A stretch of DNA of 63,861 nucleotides, filler included, from Barthelona sp. PAP020 (Eukaryota): the NCBI GenBank assembly GCA_040182905.1. It is 3 parts of 3 records of this genome, joined end to end, with 100 filler letters (N's around TTAATTAATTAA, not from the genome) between each part and the next. Parts side by side here need not be neighbours in the genome. Positions count along the whole stretch, not along the records: positions 22,831 to 45,471 come from JARQWU010000174.1; positions 45,572 to 63,861 come from JARQWU010000227.1; 1 more part is not named here. One strand, written 5' to 3'. The notes beneath the pieces were generated by a model. It did not search any database. It saw only the letters and a list, made by a program, of their open reading frames with translations, and was not told the DNA's origin. Below are positions 41,940 to 52,662 of this stretch, one piece after another. How positions within the stretch are numbered: position 1 is the stretch's first letter; the number at the start of each line of letters is the position of its first letter. Made by a program: the position numbers and the translations under genes.

Positions 41940-43751
41940 TTATTCTTTTTGTTCTTCTCTTTGAAGTTCTGAAATGGTCTTCAAAGAGTCAAATGCCATG
42001 CTGAAAATTGAATCAGAATTCCCAGAAGTTTCATCAAAAGTGATAGGAACACCCAAAAGAGCAGAAACCAGTGTCATATCATTTGAATCAACATTAAAAG
42101 CACAGTTAAGTAAATCAACAGTCAAATCTTCAACAGTGCTCAGTGTTTCTTCATCAATTTTGTTGGTAAGAGAATTTTTATTTGTGGGGGAAGAACAAAA
42201 GTCTGAACCCAATATTTGTGTGCTACTCATTGAAGAATCTTGTGTGTCTGATTGTACATTGTGATTGTCATTGACAAATGTTCGAGATTTTTCAATTTCA
42301 CTCGGTATTATAACAGAACTAAAGTTAGAGTTAGGGTGAAGATCATCTGAAGATATTTCAAATGGGAAAATGTTAACTTCATTATCATCTTCAAAGAATA
42401 ATGGTATGGCATCTATTTGTTTGTTGTTTTGACTCTCCAAATTGCAATTCAAATCAAAAGTACCTGTCTTTTGTTGTTCAAAGGTTGGATTAAACTGTGG
42501 TATTGCTATCTCATTTGAATAAATTATATCATCCACAACATCATCTATGTGTAGATCATTTGAAGCAAAGTGATCTTTATCATCTGAGAAAAACACATCT
42601 TGAAAGTTCTTGTCAACATCCAGCTTGTCTGTTTCTTTAATCTCAACAAAACTGCTGGTCATAATACTTTCATTTTCGATATTTTCTTCCTCTTGAGTAA
42701 CACAGTCAGTATTGTTTTCTGACTTGTCATTTGGTGTGACATTCAAGTCAAACAAACTGTTGTAATAAGATTTTGCAGTTGAAGTCTTGTATGCATCACC
42801 CTCAGTGTAAAAATTAGAATTTTCGCTTAAAATGGTGTTTTCCCTTGATTCATCATTATATTTACCATTTTCAAACTCAAAAGATAACTCGGAAGACAGT
42901 GCTGAATAAGGAGGTGAAGTTTGATGATTGATTTGAACGGATGGAATTCGAACCTTAATGTTTTGTGATATTTTTGGATTATCTTTTTTCATTGAGTATT
43001 TTTCTGTAAATTCTTGTTGTTGCATTCCTGGCATGCGTACAGAGATAAAATCTCGGGTACTGGTCAAGGTCTTATTGAAATTCACCTTTTTCAATTCGTT
43101 GTAATGTTGTTTAATCGGAGAGTATCTTTGTAATGTATCAAATTTATGTGATTGGGATTGGTGGTGAGGAAAAATATCTCTATCTTCATAATTTCGCATT
43201 GATTGAGCCGATTTTGGTCTATTTCTATCATGAAATGAAATTTTGCTTGTAGGGCTTAACATATTCGGACTATTTACATTTGCTATTGCTGAAGAACCAG
43301 GAAGTTGGTATCGTTTTCTTAAATTAGCAATAATTTGATTATCCGCTTGTATGTCCTGTAACTGTGGCAAATTTCGTTTATTTCTAGCAATATCATCAAA
43401 AAAAATCTCCTTTGAATTTTTCTCTTTCGTTATAAAAGTTTTTTTATCCAAAGAATCAACAGATAGTGATCTATTTGATATTTTATGAGATTTGAAATTA
43501 TCATCATGTGTTTCAAATTCAAAATTTACTCTCTTATTGAGTGATTTATTGGATGCTGGTGCAGTGTTTGGTCTTTTGGATTGAATATTCTTTCGTGAAG
43601 TTAAAGATATACCAGTAATTTGTAAATTTAAATCATTTTCATTTTCTTTGACATTTGAATTTTTTTTTTGTTTCGAAATTGATTTGGACAAAGTTGTGGA
43701 TCTATTTGGTCTTAAAGGTCGTATTGTTTTGGGTTTATATTTAAAATTCAT
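41940..43751 (-). CDS. Hypothetical disordered protein (basic N-half, acidic C-half)
   Basis: ~603-aa ORF; RPxT/SA motifs (RPNTAP, RPKSA). Confidence 0.8.
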   Translation of the reverse strand: MNFKYKPKTIRPLRPNRSTTLSKSISKQKKNSNVKENENDLNLQITGISLTSRKNIQSKRPNTAPASNKSLNKRVNFEFETHDDNFKSHKISNRSLSVDSLDKKTFITKEKNSKEIFFDDIARNKRNLPQLQDIQADNQIIANLRKRYQLPGSSAIANVNSPNMLSPTSKISFHDRNRPKSAQSMRNYEDRDIFPHHQSQSHKFDTLQRYSPIKQHYNELKKVNFNKTLTSTRDFISVRMPGMQQQEFTEKYSMKKDNPKISQNIKVRIPSVQINHQTSPPYSALSSELSFEFENGKYNDESRENTILSENSNFYTEGDAYKTSTAKSYYNSLFDLNVTPNDKSENNTDCVTQEEENIENESIMTSSFVEIKETDKLDVDKNFQDVFFSDDKDHFASNDLHIDDVVDDIIYSNEIAIPQFNPTFEQQKTGTFDLNCNLESQNNKQIDAIPLFFEDDNEVNIFPFEISSDDLHPNSNFSSVIIPSEIEKSRTFVNDNHNVQSDTQDSSMSSTQILGSDFCSSPTNKNSLTNKIDEETLSTVEDLTVDLLNCAFNVDSNDMTLVSALLGVPITFDETSGNSDSIFSMAFDSLKTISELQREEQKE

Positions 43752-44111
43752 CAAAACTTTAAATATTCATTTGAATGTATAAAAAAAAGGAGCCCTTTTC
43801 AATTTCATTTATTTTTAATATTTTATCATCATATCCTTGTTTTTATCATTGTTTATATATTTAACAACAACTTTAGGATTTCCTTGTTGTAAATGAGACA
43901 ACAGAGCTTTTTGATTGTTTTGTAATATTAATCCCAATAAAATAGCTCTTTGTGAAAAAAAATCTGTTTTTATTTGAAAAAATGCCAATTTATGCAAAAA
44001 AAAAACATTCTCAGATTCCTTTTCCGCAATTTTTTTTCTATTTCTTTTGTATTCGTTCGAACAAAGAATAATTCAAGCCTTTAAGGTCTTTTCCCTTTTA
44101 TTAAATAATAA

Positions 44112-44410
44112 TTTGGTCTTGTTGTGAAACAACTACATTTGTTTACAAAGAAAGTAAACTTAGAAAATACATTCTGCCAGATTTCAGTCAAAATCTCAGG
44201 GGAAGAGAATTGAGGACTGAAATGAAATTTTAACGATCATCTTTGAGAATTTCAGAGAAGTTCTTTATTCCTATTTCTTTGTACTTAGATCAATCGGGCT
44301 TCAAAAACTTTAAACGAAATAAGAGTATTTTTTATTCACTCATACACTCATTGTTTTAAAGCCTGTTACTGTAGTTGTGAAACAACTATATTATTTATTT
44401 ACAGGGAAAG
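44112..44410. repeat. Dispersed repeat copy E (extended part + partial core + repeated gttgtgaaacaacta sub-unit)
   Basis: 44112-44240 matches 22262-22395; 44287-44350 matches the core; the sub-unit recurs at ~44372. Confidence 0.8.
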
Positions 44411-44459
44411 AAATGGTTGTTGTTATTTATCCAATCTGTTCAATCAAGAATAACTATAT

Positions 44460-44612
44460 TTGTTGATTATGACACGGAACTCAAACAAAATATTTCATTT
44501 GAAGTTTTTCCACATTAAGACATATTTTTGAAAGGAAAAAGCCCTCAAAAAATCTTAAGTGGTGTCAATATTTATAAATTCCACGGTTTTTGAAATCACA
44601 CTCTTTGGAAAT
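44460..44612 (-). pseudogene. Second decayed F-box-like fragment
   Basis: FPKSVISKTVEFINIDTT*DFLRAFSFQKYVLMW; paralog of 24192-24323. Confidence 0.4.
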
Positions 44613-44772
44613 CAAAAACCAAAATTTCTCAAAAATGTTCTTTTCAGGTAAATAACAAATATTGAACAGAATACCACACTGGTTTTTTTGAATGGACAAT
44701 AAATTGAATTCTAACGGAAAGCTAAAAAAAAAGATGAAAAATATTTTTCAACATTTCACACTTTTTTTACCC

Positions 44773-45471
44773 ATGTTCACCTTCGAAGAAAACCAAGGAT
44801 CACACGAACTAGAACAACGTGCAAAGAAACGCAGAAAAATTGTTAAAGAACCAGAAGAAGATGCTTTTGACAGGTTGGATAATTTTTTGAAATCGAATGA
44901 CATCAATATAGCTGGAAGTGAGTTTGAAATAGTAGAAAATAACTTCAGAATAGGTGGATTTGGGCTCTTACATCTTGCCAAAAGACATGGAAAGATGGTA
45001 GTTATCAAAGTATTTGTTGATAAAGTTGAAAAAATCACCAATGATGAACTTACCAGAGAATGCTTTCCAATGGTTTTAAATCACCCTTTTATTCGACAAG
45101 TCTTTGGAGTTACTGAGATTGAGTACAAAAAGGCTGTTGTTATGGAATATTGTGATGCCGATCTGGAGGAAATGATACCAGAGTTATCTTTGAAGGAGAA
45201 GTTGGTCATCATGATGCAAGTTTCCACTGCGCTTGAGTTTTGTCATGGGAAAGGCGTTATGCATAGGGATTTGAAGCCGAATAATGTGTTGTTGAGACGT
45301 GGAGTGGATGGGGCTTATACACCTGCCATTGCTGATTTTGGGCTTGTTCGTGATACGAGCAGGAGTTCAGCCAATTCCATGATGGGTGCTGCGAGATATG
45401 CTGCTCCTGAGTTGGCCAATGAAGAGGAGAACATAATAGGAACAGCTGTTGACGCCTGGTCTTTTGGTGTA
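44773..45471 (+). CDS. Second copy of kinase(-WD40) gene, truncated by contig end
   Basis: MFTFEENQGSHELEQRAKK..HRDLKPNN..DFG..APE..DAWSFGV closely matches the 24487 copy; the ORF-track stop comes from the linker. Confidence 0.9.
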
Positions 45472-45571
45472 NNNNNNNNNNNNNNNNNNNNNNNNNNNNN
45501 NNNNNNNNNNNNNNNTTAATTAATTAANNNNNNNNNNNNNNNNNNNNNNNNNNNNNNNNNNNNNNNNNNNN
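45472..45571. other. Artificial contig linker
   Basis: 44N-TTAATTAATTAA-44N. Confidence 0.97.
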
Positions 45572-45685
45572 TGAGTGTACAAAGCATAAATGTTGAAATT
45601 GTTTTTTCTTTCCACAAGCCCCATTTGTAATATAATATACAAAGAAAAACAACACCAGTGAACTCCTGTTGTCTGAAGAATATAA
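45572..45685 (+). repeat. Left arm of perfect 114-bp inverted duplication (partner 50699-50812)
   Basis: tgagtgtacaaagc...gtctgaagaatataa is the exact reverse complement of 50699-50812. Confidence 0.95.
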
Positions 45686-45785
45686 AGGGTAAGAAAAAAG
45701 AAATTGCTCTTTTTACAAAAAATTGATTGGTCCGAAAAAAATTTCAATCAAAAGGGAAAAAAAATGAAAATAAATTTGATAGTTT

Positions 45786-47831
45786 CTATTTTCCAGTGTG
45801 TTTAGGATATTTTGCTTGACGTTTGCTTTGTTTCAATAAATTCATGGCTTCTGTCATTTGAGGCATTTGTTTTGTGAGCATATCATTCAAAGCCTTTTCT
45901 AATTTTAATTGTTTATTTGCATCGATCATGGCTTGGGTTAAGAATTCAAATTCACTTCTTGTTAAAAATCCACTATCATTGATATCAGCTGATTTAAATA
46001 AAGATCGAGGTGTTTGACCAGGAAAAGCCCTTGCAAATACCTTTTGGTGTTTTTCACAATATTCCAAAAATTCACGTAATGTTATTTGATCATTTTTATC
46101 CTTATCTGCACTGCTAAACCCAATTAAGGGATTGGCAAAGTTACTAAACTGTTCAATACCCAAAACACTTAACAAAGAACGTTTTGTTTTCGTCAATCCT
46201 TCCAATAATTCATTCTGTTCTTCTTCAACGGCAACATCTTCTCTTACTTGTGAAAAGGTATCATTAATAATAGCCAAAAACATGTTTAATAGCACAAATT
46301 GTCCCAAGAACATGAACAATATAAAAAACAAAGGTCCTAAGAATCGATTGGTTTGCCACAAAGATTGATAATCATAATCTCCCAATAACATTCTAAATAG
46401 AGATATTGCACTTTCAGATTGACTTCTGAATTCAAACATATCAACACCAAATGCCAAAAATCCAGCATTAGCAAATCCAAAGAAAATTATGATAAAAATA
46501 ACAATAAAATAGACAATATCTACGGAAGCTAATCTCAAAACTCGCATCATTACATCTAAATGCTTGGAAACTGATAAATACCTAAAAGTTCTTAAAGCTA
46601 ATACAAAATGCATAACTGCCATCACATTCAATTGTTGATTAATGGCAAAACCTGCTCCTTGAAAGTTAATATAAATCCAACCATTTTCTGGTTCAAAACT
46701 GCTGCGATCTTCTCCTATTTGCTTAGTGACTGATTGATCAACCATATATTTTAAGTACATCATTGTTGCAACAATAGCATAAAGAAGAAGATCTAAAAAG
46801 TTCCATCTTGACATTTTGAAAAATTGACAAAAGCCTCTCTTAACAATAATGATCAGATCAATAATAAAATAAACCGCAATCCAAATGAAACAAACATACA
46901 TTAAATAATTGGCTAAAACATCACTTTTTGTCAATCCATCAAATAACTTAAGAGCACGGACAGTGCCCGAAGGGAAAACTCCAGCAGAAGGAGGCATTTC
47001 AAATAGAAAACGTACGACACCGAAAAGATTCAAATTAGCATTGTACACAGTAAAATCAATAAATAATGCTCGAGTAGCAGCATCAATCCATGAATTCTTA
47101 AATAAATATTCAAAGACACTCTTTGCCATTGTATGATCAGGAGGTAAATCAACTATATAACCACTACCTGGATAACTACCATGCTTCCCCATAAACGTGA
47201 ATCCTCCCAAATCTTCTTGAGAATGCCATTTCCATGGATTCTTTGTGCAATAAGGTATAGTTTCATTACTCACAAACGAAGCATTGTAATCTCCAAACAC
47301 TGACTTAAATTCAGTGGCTGCAGAAAAGTCTCCATAACAATGTTCTATTGAAGTCTTAAAAATATCCGGGATTTTACATGAATTATTGCTAACTCGTATC
47401 TGTCGTAATCTCACACCACCTACAATACGATCAAAATTATAAATATAGGAATTCTTCTCCGATGCAGGTTTTTCTTTTTCATTATAATATGTGTCAACAT
47501 ACAAACCATTCACCAATGGGCCGTTCATAAATTGCCACATTTCTTCAATTGTTTGAACGTCTTCAAATGTCTTTTTAATATGTGTAAATTCCGAAGGGTA
47601 TTCTTCCCACAAAAACATATCTTTCAAAGCGTTTGCAAAATGAAACGAAGGTGCAGCTTGTCGTTGCATATTCGTAGCAATCGTAAATATTATTATCAGT
47701 ACGATTTGAAAGAATAATCCACACAAAACATTTGTTGGACTGATCTTATGTCTTTTTTCGTCATATTCTTCAAATGTGTCTCCACTGGGTTCAACCAATA
47801 ATGTTGGAAGTGGTGTATTAACCCTAGACAT
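45786..47831 (-). CDS. PKD2: Polycystin-2 (TRPP) cation channel
   Basis: GGVRLRQIRVSNNSC, YPGSGYIVDL, WIDAATRALFIDFTVYNANLNLF, FRMLLGDYDY pore, LLNMFLAIINDTF, two EF-hands. Confidence 0.95.
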   Translation of the reverse strand: MSRVNTPLPTLLVEPSGDTFEEYDEKRHKISPTNVLCGLFFQIVLIIIFTIATNMQRQAAPSFHFANALKDMFLWEEYPSEFTHIKKTFEDVQTIEEMWQFMNGPLVNGLYVDTYYNEKEKPASEKNSYIYNFDRIVGGVRLRQIRVSNNSCKIPDIFKTSIEHCYGDFSAATEFKSVFGDYNASFVSNETIPYCTKNPWKWHSQEDLGGFTFMGKHGSYPGSGYIVDLPPDHTMAKSVFEYLFKNSWIDAATRALFIDFTVYNANLNLFGVVRFLFEMPPSAGVFPSGTVRALKLFDGLTKSDVLANYLMYVCFIWIAVYFIIDLIIIVKRGFCQFFKMSRWNFLDLLLYAIVATMMYLKYMVDQSVTKQIGEDRSSFEPENGWIYINFQGAGFAINQQLNVMAVMHFVLALRTFRYLSVSKHLDVMMRVLRLASVDIVYFIVIFIIIFFGFANAGFLAFGVDMFEFRSQSESAISLFRMLLGDYDYQSLWQTNRFLGPLFFILFMFLGQFVLLNMFLAIINDTFSQVREDVAVEEEQNELLEGLTKTKRSLLSVLGIEQFSNFANPLIGFSSADKDKNDQITLREFLEYCEKHQKVFARAFPGQTPRSLFKSADINDSGFLTRSEFEFLTQAMIDANKQLKLEKALNDMLTKQMPQMTEAMNLLKQSKRQAKYPKHTGK

Positions 47832-48497
47832 TAATTATTTCAAAAAAAAAAAGACAACTCTCGTGTTTTTTTCTTTTTATCAATTGGAAGTCAAAGAACA
47901 ATGATGCTGGTTGTTGTGAGACAGAAAATTTAGAGATTTATTTATTCTTTTTTTAAATGTAAATTTGCCGTCTTATTTTAACTGCTTTAATTAAGAAGAA
48001 ATAATTGAAAGCAAAACGATTTAATAAACACCATTTCATATTGGTGATTATATCTTAAAAACACGACAATTCACAAATTTTGGTGAAAACAAACTGGCAA
48101 AAAAAAAATGAAACAGCATAAGAATTGAGTTTCCCAATTTTTGAAATTATTGAACAACCCAATTCCATTTCAAATGAATCGAATAAAGTAGATTAAATAT
48201 TATGTGAAACTTTGATTCACAAAAGCGACAGGAGAGACAATCAAGATATGATAGAGATACTATCCATTTTGAAAGTTCCCAACTTTTCTTTTGTCACATT
48301 TAGACCAATATATTATTAAGAGTTAATTTCTTTCTTTTGTGGTGGAAAGGAAGGTGGGTCACAAACAAATCACAACCGAAAAAACACTTTACTATCTCTC
48401 TTCAACACTAATGGACCCTTTTTTTGAACAAATTCAAAATTATAAAGAAGTAAAATTAATTGAGAAACATTTACACACAAAATTTAAAATAAACAAA

Positions 48498-49703
48498 CTA
48501 ATCATCATCATCTGAATCGCTTTCATCACTATTTTCAAGAATAAATTGATGCATATTACCACCATGAGATTCATTAAGGTCAACCAAGTCCCAACAGAGA
48601 TTAATAACAGCACAAAAATCTTCAATATTCATATAGATTCCTTTAGCAACTAAATATCTGACTAAATTAGTGTCAAAACCCAGCGAAAGTATAAATGATA
48701 ATACATAGCCACTGGGCTTTGCCAGCTCAATTAGTCTATCATGGGCTTCATCATTGTTACACATTAATAAAGGATAAATACGAACATGGTGATCTTTGTT
48801 TCTTCCACAAACAAGTGAAGATTTGTTTGGAGATATATCAAACGAATACCAGTCTATCTCAGTGTTTAAGAAAATTTTTTGAATACAATCAAAAGTATTC
48901 GTATTGTAGAGAACCATATGTCCATCGCTAAACATTACAAACAAAATCATTTCGGAGAAATATTGAAGTGAAAAAACCTTTTGGTCAGAATCAAATCTGT
49001 GTATAAGTGTGAAGTCATGAATATCAAAAATTTGTAGATGATGACCACCAATCGCAATAAAATTACCATTTGGGCTAAATGATATATCTTTGACACTGTC
49101 ACATTCAAAAGCATGAACAAATGATAAATCTTCAAGAGCATACAAACAAGTATTTGAGCCATGAAATCCACTGGCAATAAAATTTTTACAAGGAGAGATT
49201 TCAAGTCCAAATATGTAAGATGGATTTGCAGGTTGTGATGCCATAATTATGATTTTATCACAGATAGACCATTTTTGCACTTTTCCATCTTTATTACCTG
49301 AATATATATAATTACAACAATCAGAAAAGCAAATTTCAGACACTTCACAAGTATCTTCCAATCTCCCCATAATTGAAAAATCCGTCAAATTATAAATTAT
49401 TATGGATTTATCTCTAGAACATGTTGCAAGAAGACGGTTATCGATGGAAAAACAAACACCATAAACTTCACTTGTATGATCTTTCAAACTTCTTTGAAAT
49501 TCACCAGTTTTGGCATCATAAATCTCAATTGATTTACTCCAATTGACTAAAGCAAGATATGTACCATCTGGAGAATAACGGCAATCAATCAAATAGGAAG
49601 ACAAAGTTTCATTAATAATTCTCACATTTGTTTCATCAATTTTTGGTATCAAACTCTCAAAAACTGAATTTCTTATCGAATCTTTTTTGTTTTCGCCTGA
49701 CAT
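48498..49703 (-). CDS. WD40 repeat protein with small helical C-terminal domain
   Basis: YSPDGTYLA, HTSEVYGVCFS..LATCSRDKSI, FSPNGNFIA repeats. Confidence 0.85.
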   Translation of the reverse strand: MSGENKKDSIRNSVFESLIPKIDETNVRIINETLSSYLIDCRYSPDGTYLALVNWSKSIEIYDAKTGEFQRSLKDHTSEVYGVCFSIDNRLLATCSRDKSIIIYNLTDFSIMGRLEDTCEVSEICFSDCCNYIYSGNKDGKVQKWSICDKIIIMASQPANPSYIFGLEISPCKNFIASGFHGSNTCLYALEDLSFVHAFECDSVKDISFSPNGNFIAIGGHHLQIFDIHDFTLIHRFDSDQKVFSLQYFSEMILFVMFSDGHMVLYNTNTFDCIQKIFLNTEIDWYSFDISPNKSSLVCGRNKDHHVRIYPLLMCNNDEAHDRLIELAKPSGYVLSFILSLGFDTNLVRYLVAKGIYMNIEDFCAVINLCWDLVDLNESHGGNMHQFILENSDESDSDDDD

Positions 49704-49968
49704 TGTTTGAACAGATATATATTTTAACAGAAGAACCGGTATTGAAAACCAAAAATTTTACTTCTTTTCAGGAATCATAATAAACACCAACATGTCAAAC
49801 AACCATTTATTAAAAACAAAACTTTGTTCCGCTTCCCACAAACATTTGGGGAAGAATTAACTTTTGTTTTATCAAACAAACTATTCTTTGAAATATAAAA
49901 TTGAAAAAAAAACCATTTAATTCATTGATTAAAATTTGATCTGGAAAAAAGAAAATAAAACCCTTCTA

Positions 49969-50553
49969 ATGAATTTACCCGATATTGAGCATGACATATT
50001 TATAACTTCAATACGGGAACCAATTGATGATGATCAATATGGGTTGGATGAAGTTTTAAATAGAAGCGACGAAGAAGAAGAAGAATTTGATCCACATTTT
50101 CATTTATTTCCAGAAATAGACGCATCAACATGGAATGATTTAAAAGAAAAGTCAAAGGAATTTTTTGAAATACGTCAAAAATTATTGGAAGATCACATTG
50201 AAGAAATTGAAATGAAGGTTCAAAATGTTGAATCATCCATATTAGATTTTTCCAAAATGGCAAAGCCACAAGTTACTCAACGTAGAGCAAAAATAAATAA
50301 AAAAGATCCCATTGTTTCCAAGGCTTTGAAAAAGAAGAAACAAGATTTATACATAAAAGAACTTGATGATTTTCAACCTTTTATTGAATTTGATTCTTCT
50401 GAAAGCCAATTGAATAAATATAGAGAACTAAATTTGAGTTCTCATGAAAAATTTGTAAATTCTTATCGAGATGGGTATATTTCATTGGCTAACACTTTAT
50501 CGCGTAATGCTTTGGAAAAAGTTTTAGAAAAAAAAATTGAATTTGATCAATAA
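49969..50553 (+). CDS. Hypothetical coiled-coil protein
   Basis: ORF from ATG 49969 (MNLPDIE), ~194 aa, charged. Confidence 0.65.
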   Translation: MNLPDIEHDIFITSIREPIDDDQYGLDEVLNRSDEEEEEFDPHFHLFPEIDASTWNDLKEKSKEFFEIRQKLLEDHIEEIEMKVQNVESSILDFSKMAKPQVTQRRAKINKKDPIVSKALKKKKQDLYIKELDDFQPFIEFDSSESQLNKYRELNLSSHEKFVNSYRDGYISLANTLSRNALEKVLEKKIEFDQ

Positions 50554-50707
50554 GACTTAATTCATTGTCTATTTATTTTGTATTTCACTCTTGTAAAAAA
50601 GATAGGTTTTTTTTTTTGACATTATTTATGTGTATATCAGTATATGAAATTTTTCCATGAGAGCTAAAGATTTGAATGTTGAGTTTTATAATTGAATGTT
50701 ATATTCT

Positions 50708-50816
50708 TCAGACAACAGGAGTTCACTGGTGTTGTTTTTCTTTGTATATTATATTACAAATGGGGCTTGTGGAAAGAAAAAACAATTTCAACATTTATGC
50801 TTTGTACACTCATCAT
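50708..50816 (-). ncRNA. Candidate box C/D snoRNA-like RNA (duplicated at 45572-45676 +)
   Basis: ATGATGA at 50816-50810 and CTGA at 50711-50708 bracket the duplicated segment; internal hairpins present; no terminal stem seen. Confidence 0.4.
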
Positions 50817-50826
50817 GTGCTAAAAA

Positions 50827-52293
50827 TTAATCTGTTGCTGACCAACTTTCATCAATATTTTTTTTTGGATTTGTTGTTGCCTTGGAGGCATCGATGTCTT
50901 CTTCAACGATATACTGAACTTCATCAGTGGTTTTGGCATTTTCACGTTCAGCATTGTGCTCTTCAACCAATTCAATCTCTTCAGCTAATTCATCAAAAGT
51001 AAGATATTTGGCTTCGACCTCCAAAAATTTACAAATATTTTCATAAGCTTCCTCATCTCTTTTATCTTTGACAAGAGTAATTGCAAGTCCTTTGTGTCCA
51101 ATTCTACCAGTACGATGAATACGATGTTGAAACACTTCTCTGTTAGGAAGGTTGGTTTCTTCATTCTTAACATTATCATATATGAAAGGAATATCAAAGT
51201 TGATAACCAAAGTAACATCCAAGTCGTCAAAACCTCGTGCCAAAGCATCTGTGGATATTAATGTGAGAATTTCTCGTTCTCTGAATGTTTCGATAATTTG
51301 ATCTCTTTCAGTACCCAATCTATCTTTACCGTAGAAGGAAGCAAAAGAAATACCCTTATTTTTCAATCTTTCAGTCATTAATGGTACTAAGATATCAGTC
51401 TTTTTTGAATTATTTACAAAAACAATAGATTGTGTGATAGGAATTCTTTCATACAATTCAACGAATGTTGGTAATTTATCTTCTTCACAGCGCATTGCAA
51501 AATGAGTCAAAGTTTCAGCAACAATAGAGGAATTTTGGGGTCTGACAATTTTTATGGAACTGTTAGTACCAAGAATTGCCTCTTTAATCACGGCTTTGGT
51601 GGAAGGAGGATATGTTGCTGAGAAAAATCCAAATCTCAACTCATTTTTAACCTTTCTATTTTCATTATTTTCACAAATGTTCTTGATTCCAACTATTTGA
51701 GTTACTATTTGAGCTTTGCTATTATCATTTTCCATAAATAACAACGCATCAACCTCATCTAATATAATAAGCTCCAAATAGTCGCTGCTCAATCTGCCAT
51801 TAGCAATTTCCCTTGAAATAATACCAGGTGTACCAATAATAATTTGTGAATCTCTACTTCCAGTGTCTTCAGCACTAGAAACATTCGTTTCTCCAGCTGT
51901 TCTTTTTGTCCTTGTTCTTTTGGCAACACCAGTTGACAGAATTTTTCCAATTTGCAATGATGGATTGGTGTTCCTCATTTGTTTGGCAAATTTCTGTGCT
52001 TCAATATATATTTGGTTGGCTAACTCACGTGTGTTTGCCAATATAATAACTTGAGGTGCTGCTCTAGACATATCAACTGAGCTCAACGCCCACAACAAAA
52101 AGGCTCCAGTTTTTCCGTGTCCATTATTAGCGTGTACTAAAACATGACCATAATCAACGCTTTGGATATGAGCTAAAACAGCAGATTGAACAACAGTTGG
52201 ATGTTCGAATTTTAATTCATGCTTAATGGAATGAAGTAAATCTGGATTGAGATTAAAGTCCTCAAAAGTTTTTGTTGAAAAAATGGAAGTCAT
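50827..52293 (-). CDS. DBP5: DEAD-box helicase Dbp5/DDX19-like
   Basis: Q motif, ANNGHGKT, NTRELA.QI, TPG, DEVD, FSAT, TDALARGFD, NFDIP + Dbp5-type insert, HRIHRTGR. Confidence 0.75.
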   Translation of the reverse strand: MTSIFSTKTFEDFNLNPDLLHSIKHELKFEHPTVVQSAVLAHIQSVDYGHVLVHANNGHGKTGAFLLWALSSVDMSRAAPQVIILANTRELANQIYIEAQKFAKQMRNTNPSLQIGKILSTGVAKRTRTKRTAGETNVSSAEDTGSRDSQIIIGTPGIISREIANGRLSSDYLELIILDEVDALLFMENDNSKAQIVTQIVGIKNICENNENRKVKNELRFGFFSATYPPSTKAVIKEAILGTNSSIKIVRPQNSSIVAETLTHFAMRCEEDKLPTFVELYERIPITQSIVFVNNSKKTDILVPLMTERLKNKGISFASFYGKDRLGTERDQIIETFREREILTLISTDALARGFDDLDVTLVINFDIPFIYDNVKNEETNLPNREVFQHRIHRTGRIGHKGLAITLVKDKRDEEAYENICKFLEVEAKYLTFDELAEEIELVEEHNAERENAKTTDEVQYIVEEDIDASKATTNPKKNIDESWSATD

Positions 52294-52662
52294 GATGAAC
52301 AAAAAAAATGAAAATCCAACATTTTGTTTTTTCTTCAACAAAAAATATTCCAAAACTTTCAACCTTATCCAAAGACTTTAAACCATCAATGAATGAACAA
52401 CTGAACCTGACTCAATTTGTTACTGGATGTATTTCATTCTTTAAGAACCTTACTTCTTTTCAAAAAGTTATTTGCATTTTGGTCAGTCGGATTTAGTGTT
52501 AGGAATTCTGTAGCTTTTTTCATGATAAAAATGAATTTTGTGTTATCTTGTTGATTCATGACTAAATGAAAAACAGATTTTTCAAAAACCTTCAACATTT
52601 GTTTAGGATGATGTGATAAAAAAATAAAAACACTTGTACCGATTTTACTCACTTTTTTCCAA

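Noticed and set aside
43815..43997. 60-aa minus-strand ORF
   Set aside because: No in-frame ATG unless a homopolymer error is assumed; no motif support
50780..50816. SECIS element in the Dbp5 3' UTR
   Set aside because: ATGA..AA..GA spacing and helix do not fit, and the gene has no in-frame TGA
50708..50816. U14 snoRNA identity
   Set aside because: TTTCCAC and GTCTGA resemble U14, but the 18S-complementary domains A and B are not present
52330..52620. Possible gene or pseudogene upstream of Dbp5
   Set aside because: Short broken frames with no recognisable homology or splice solution
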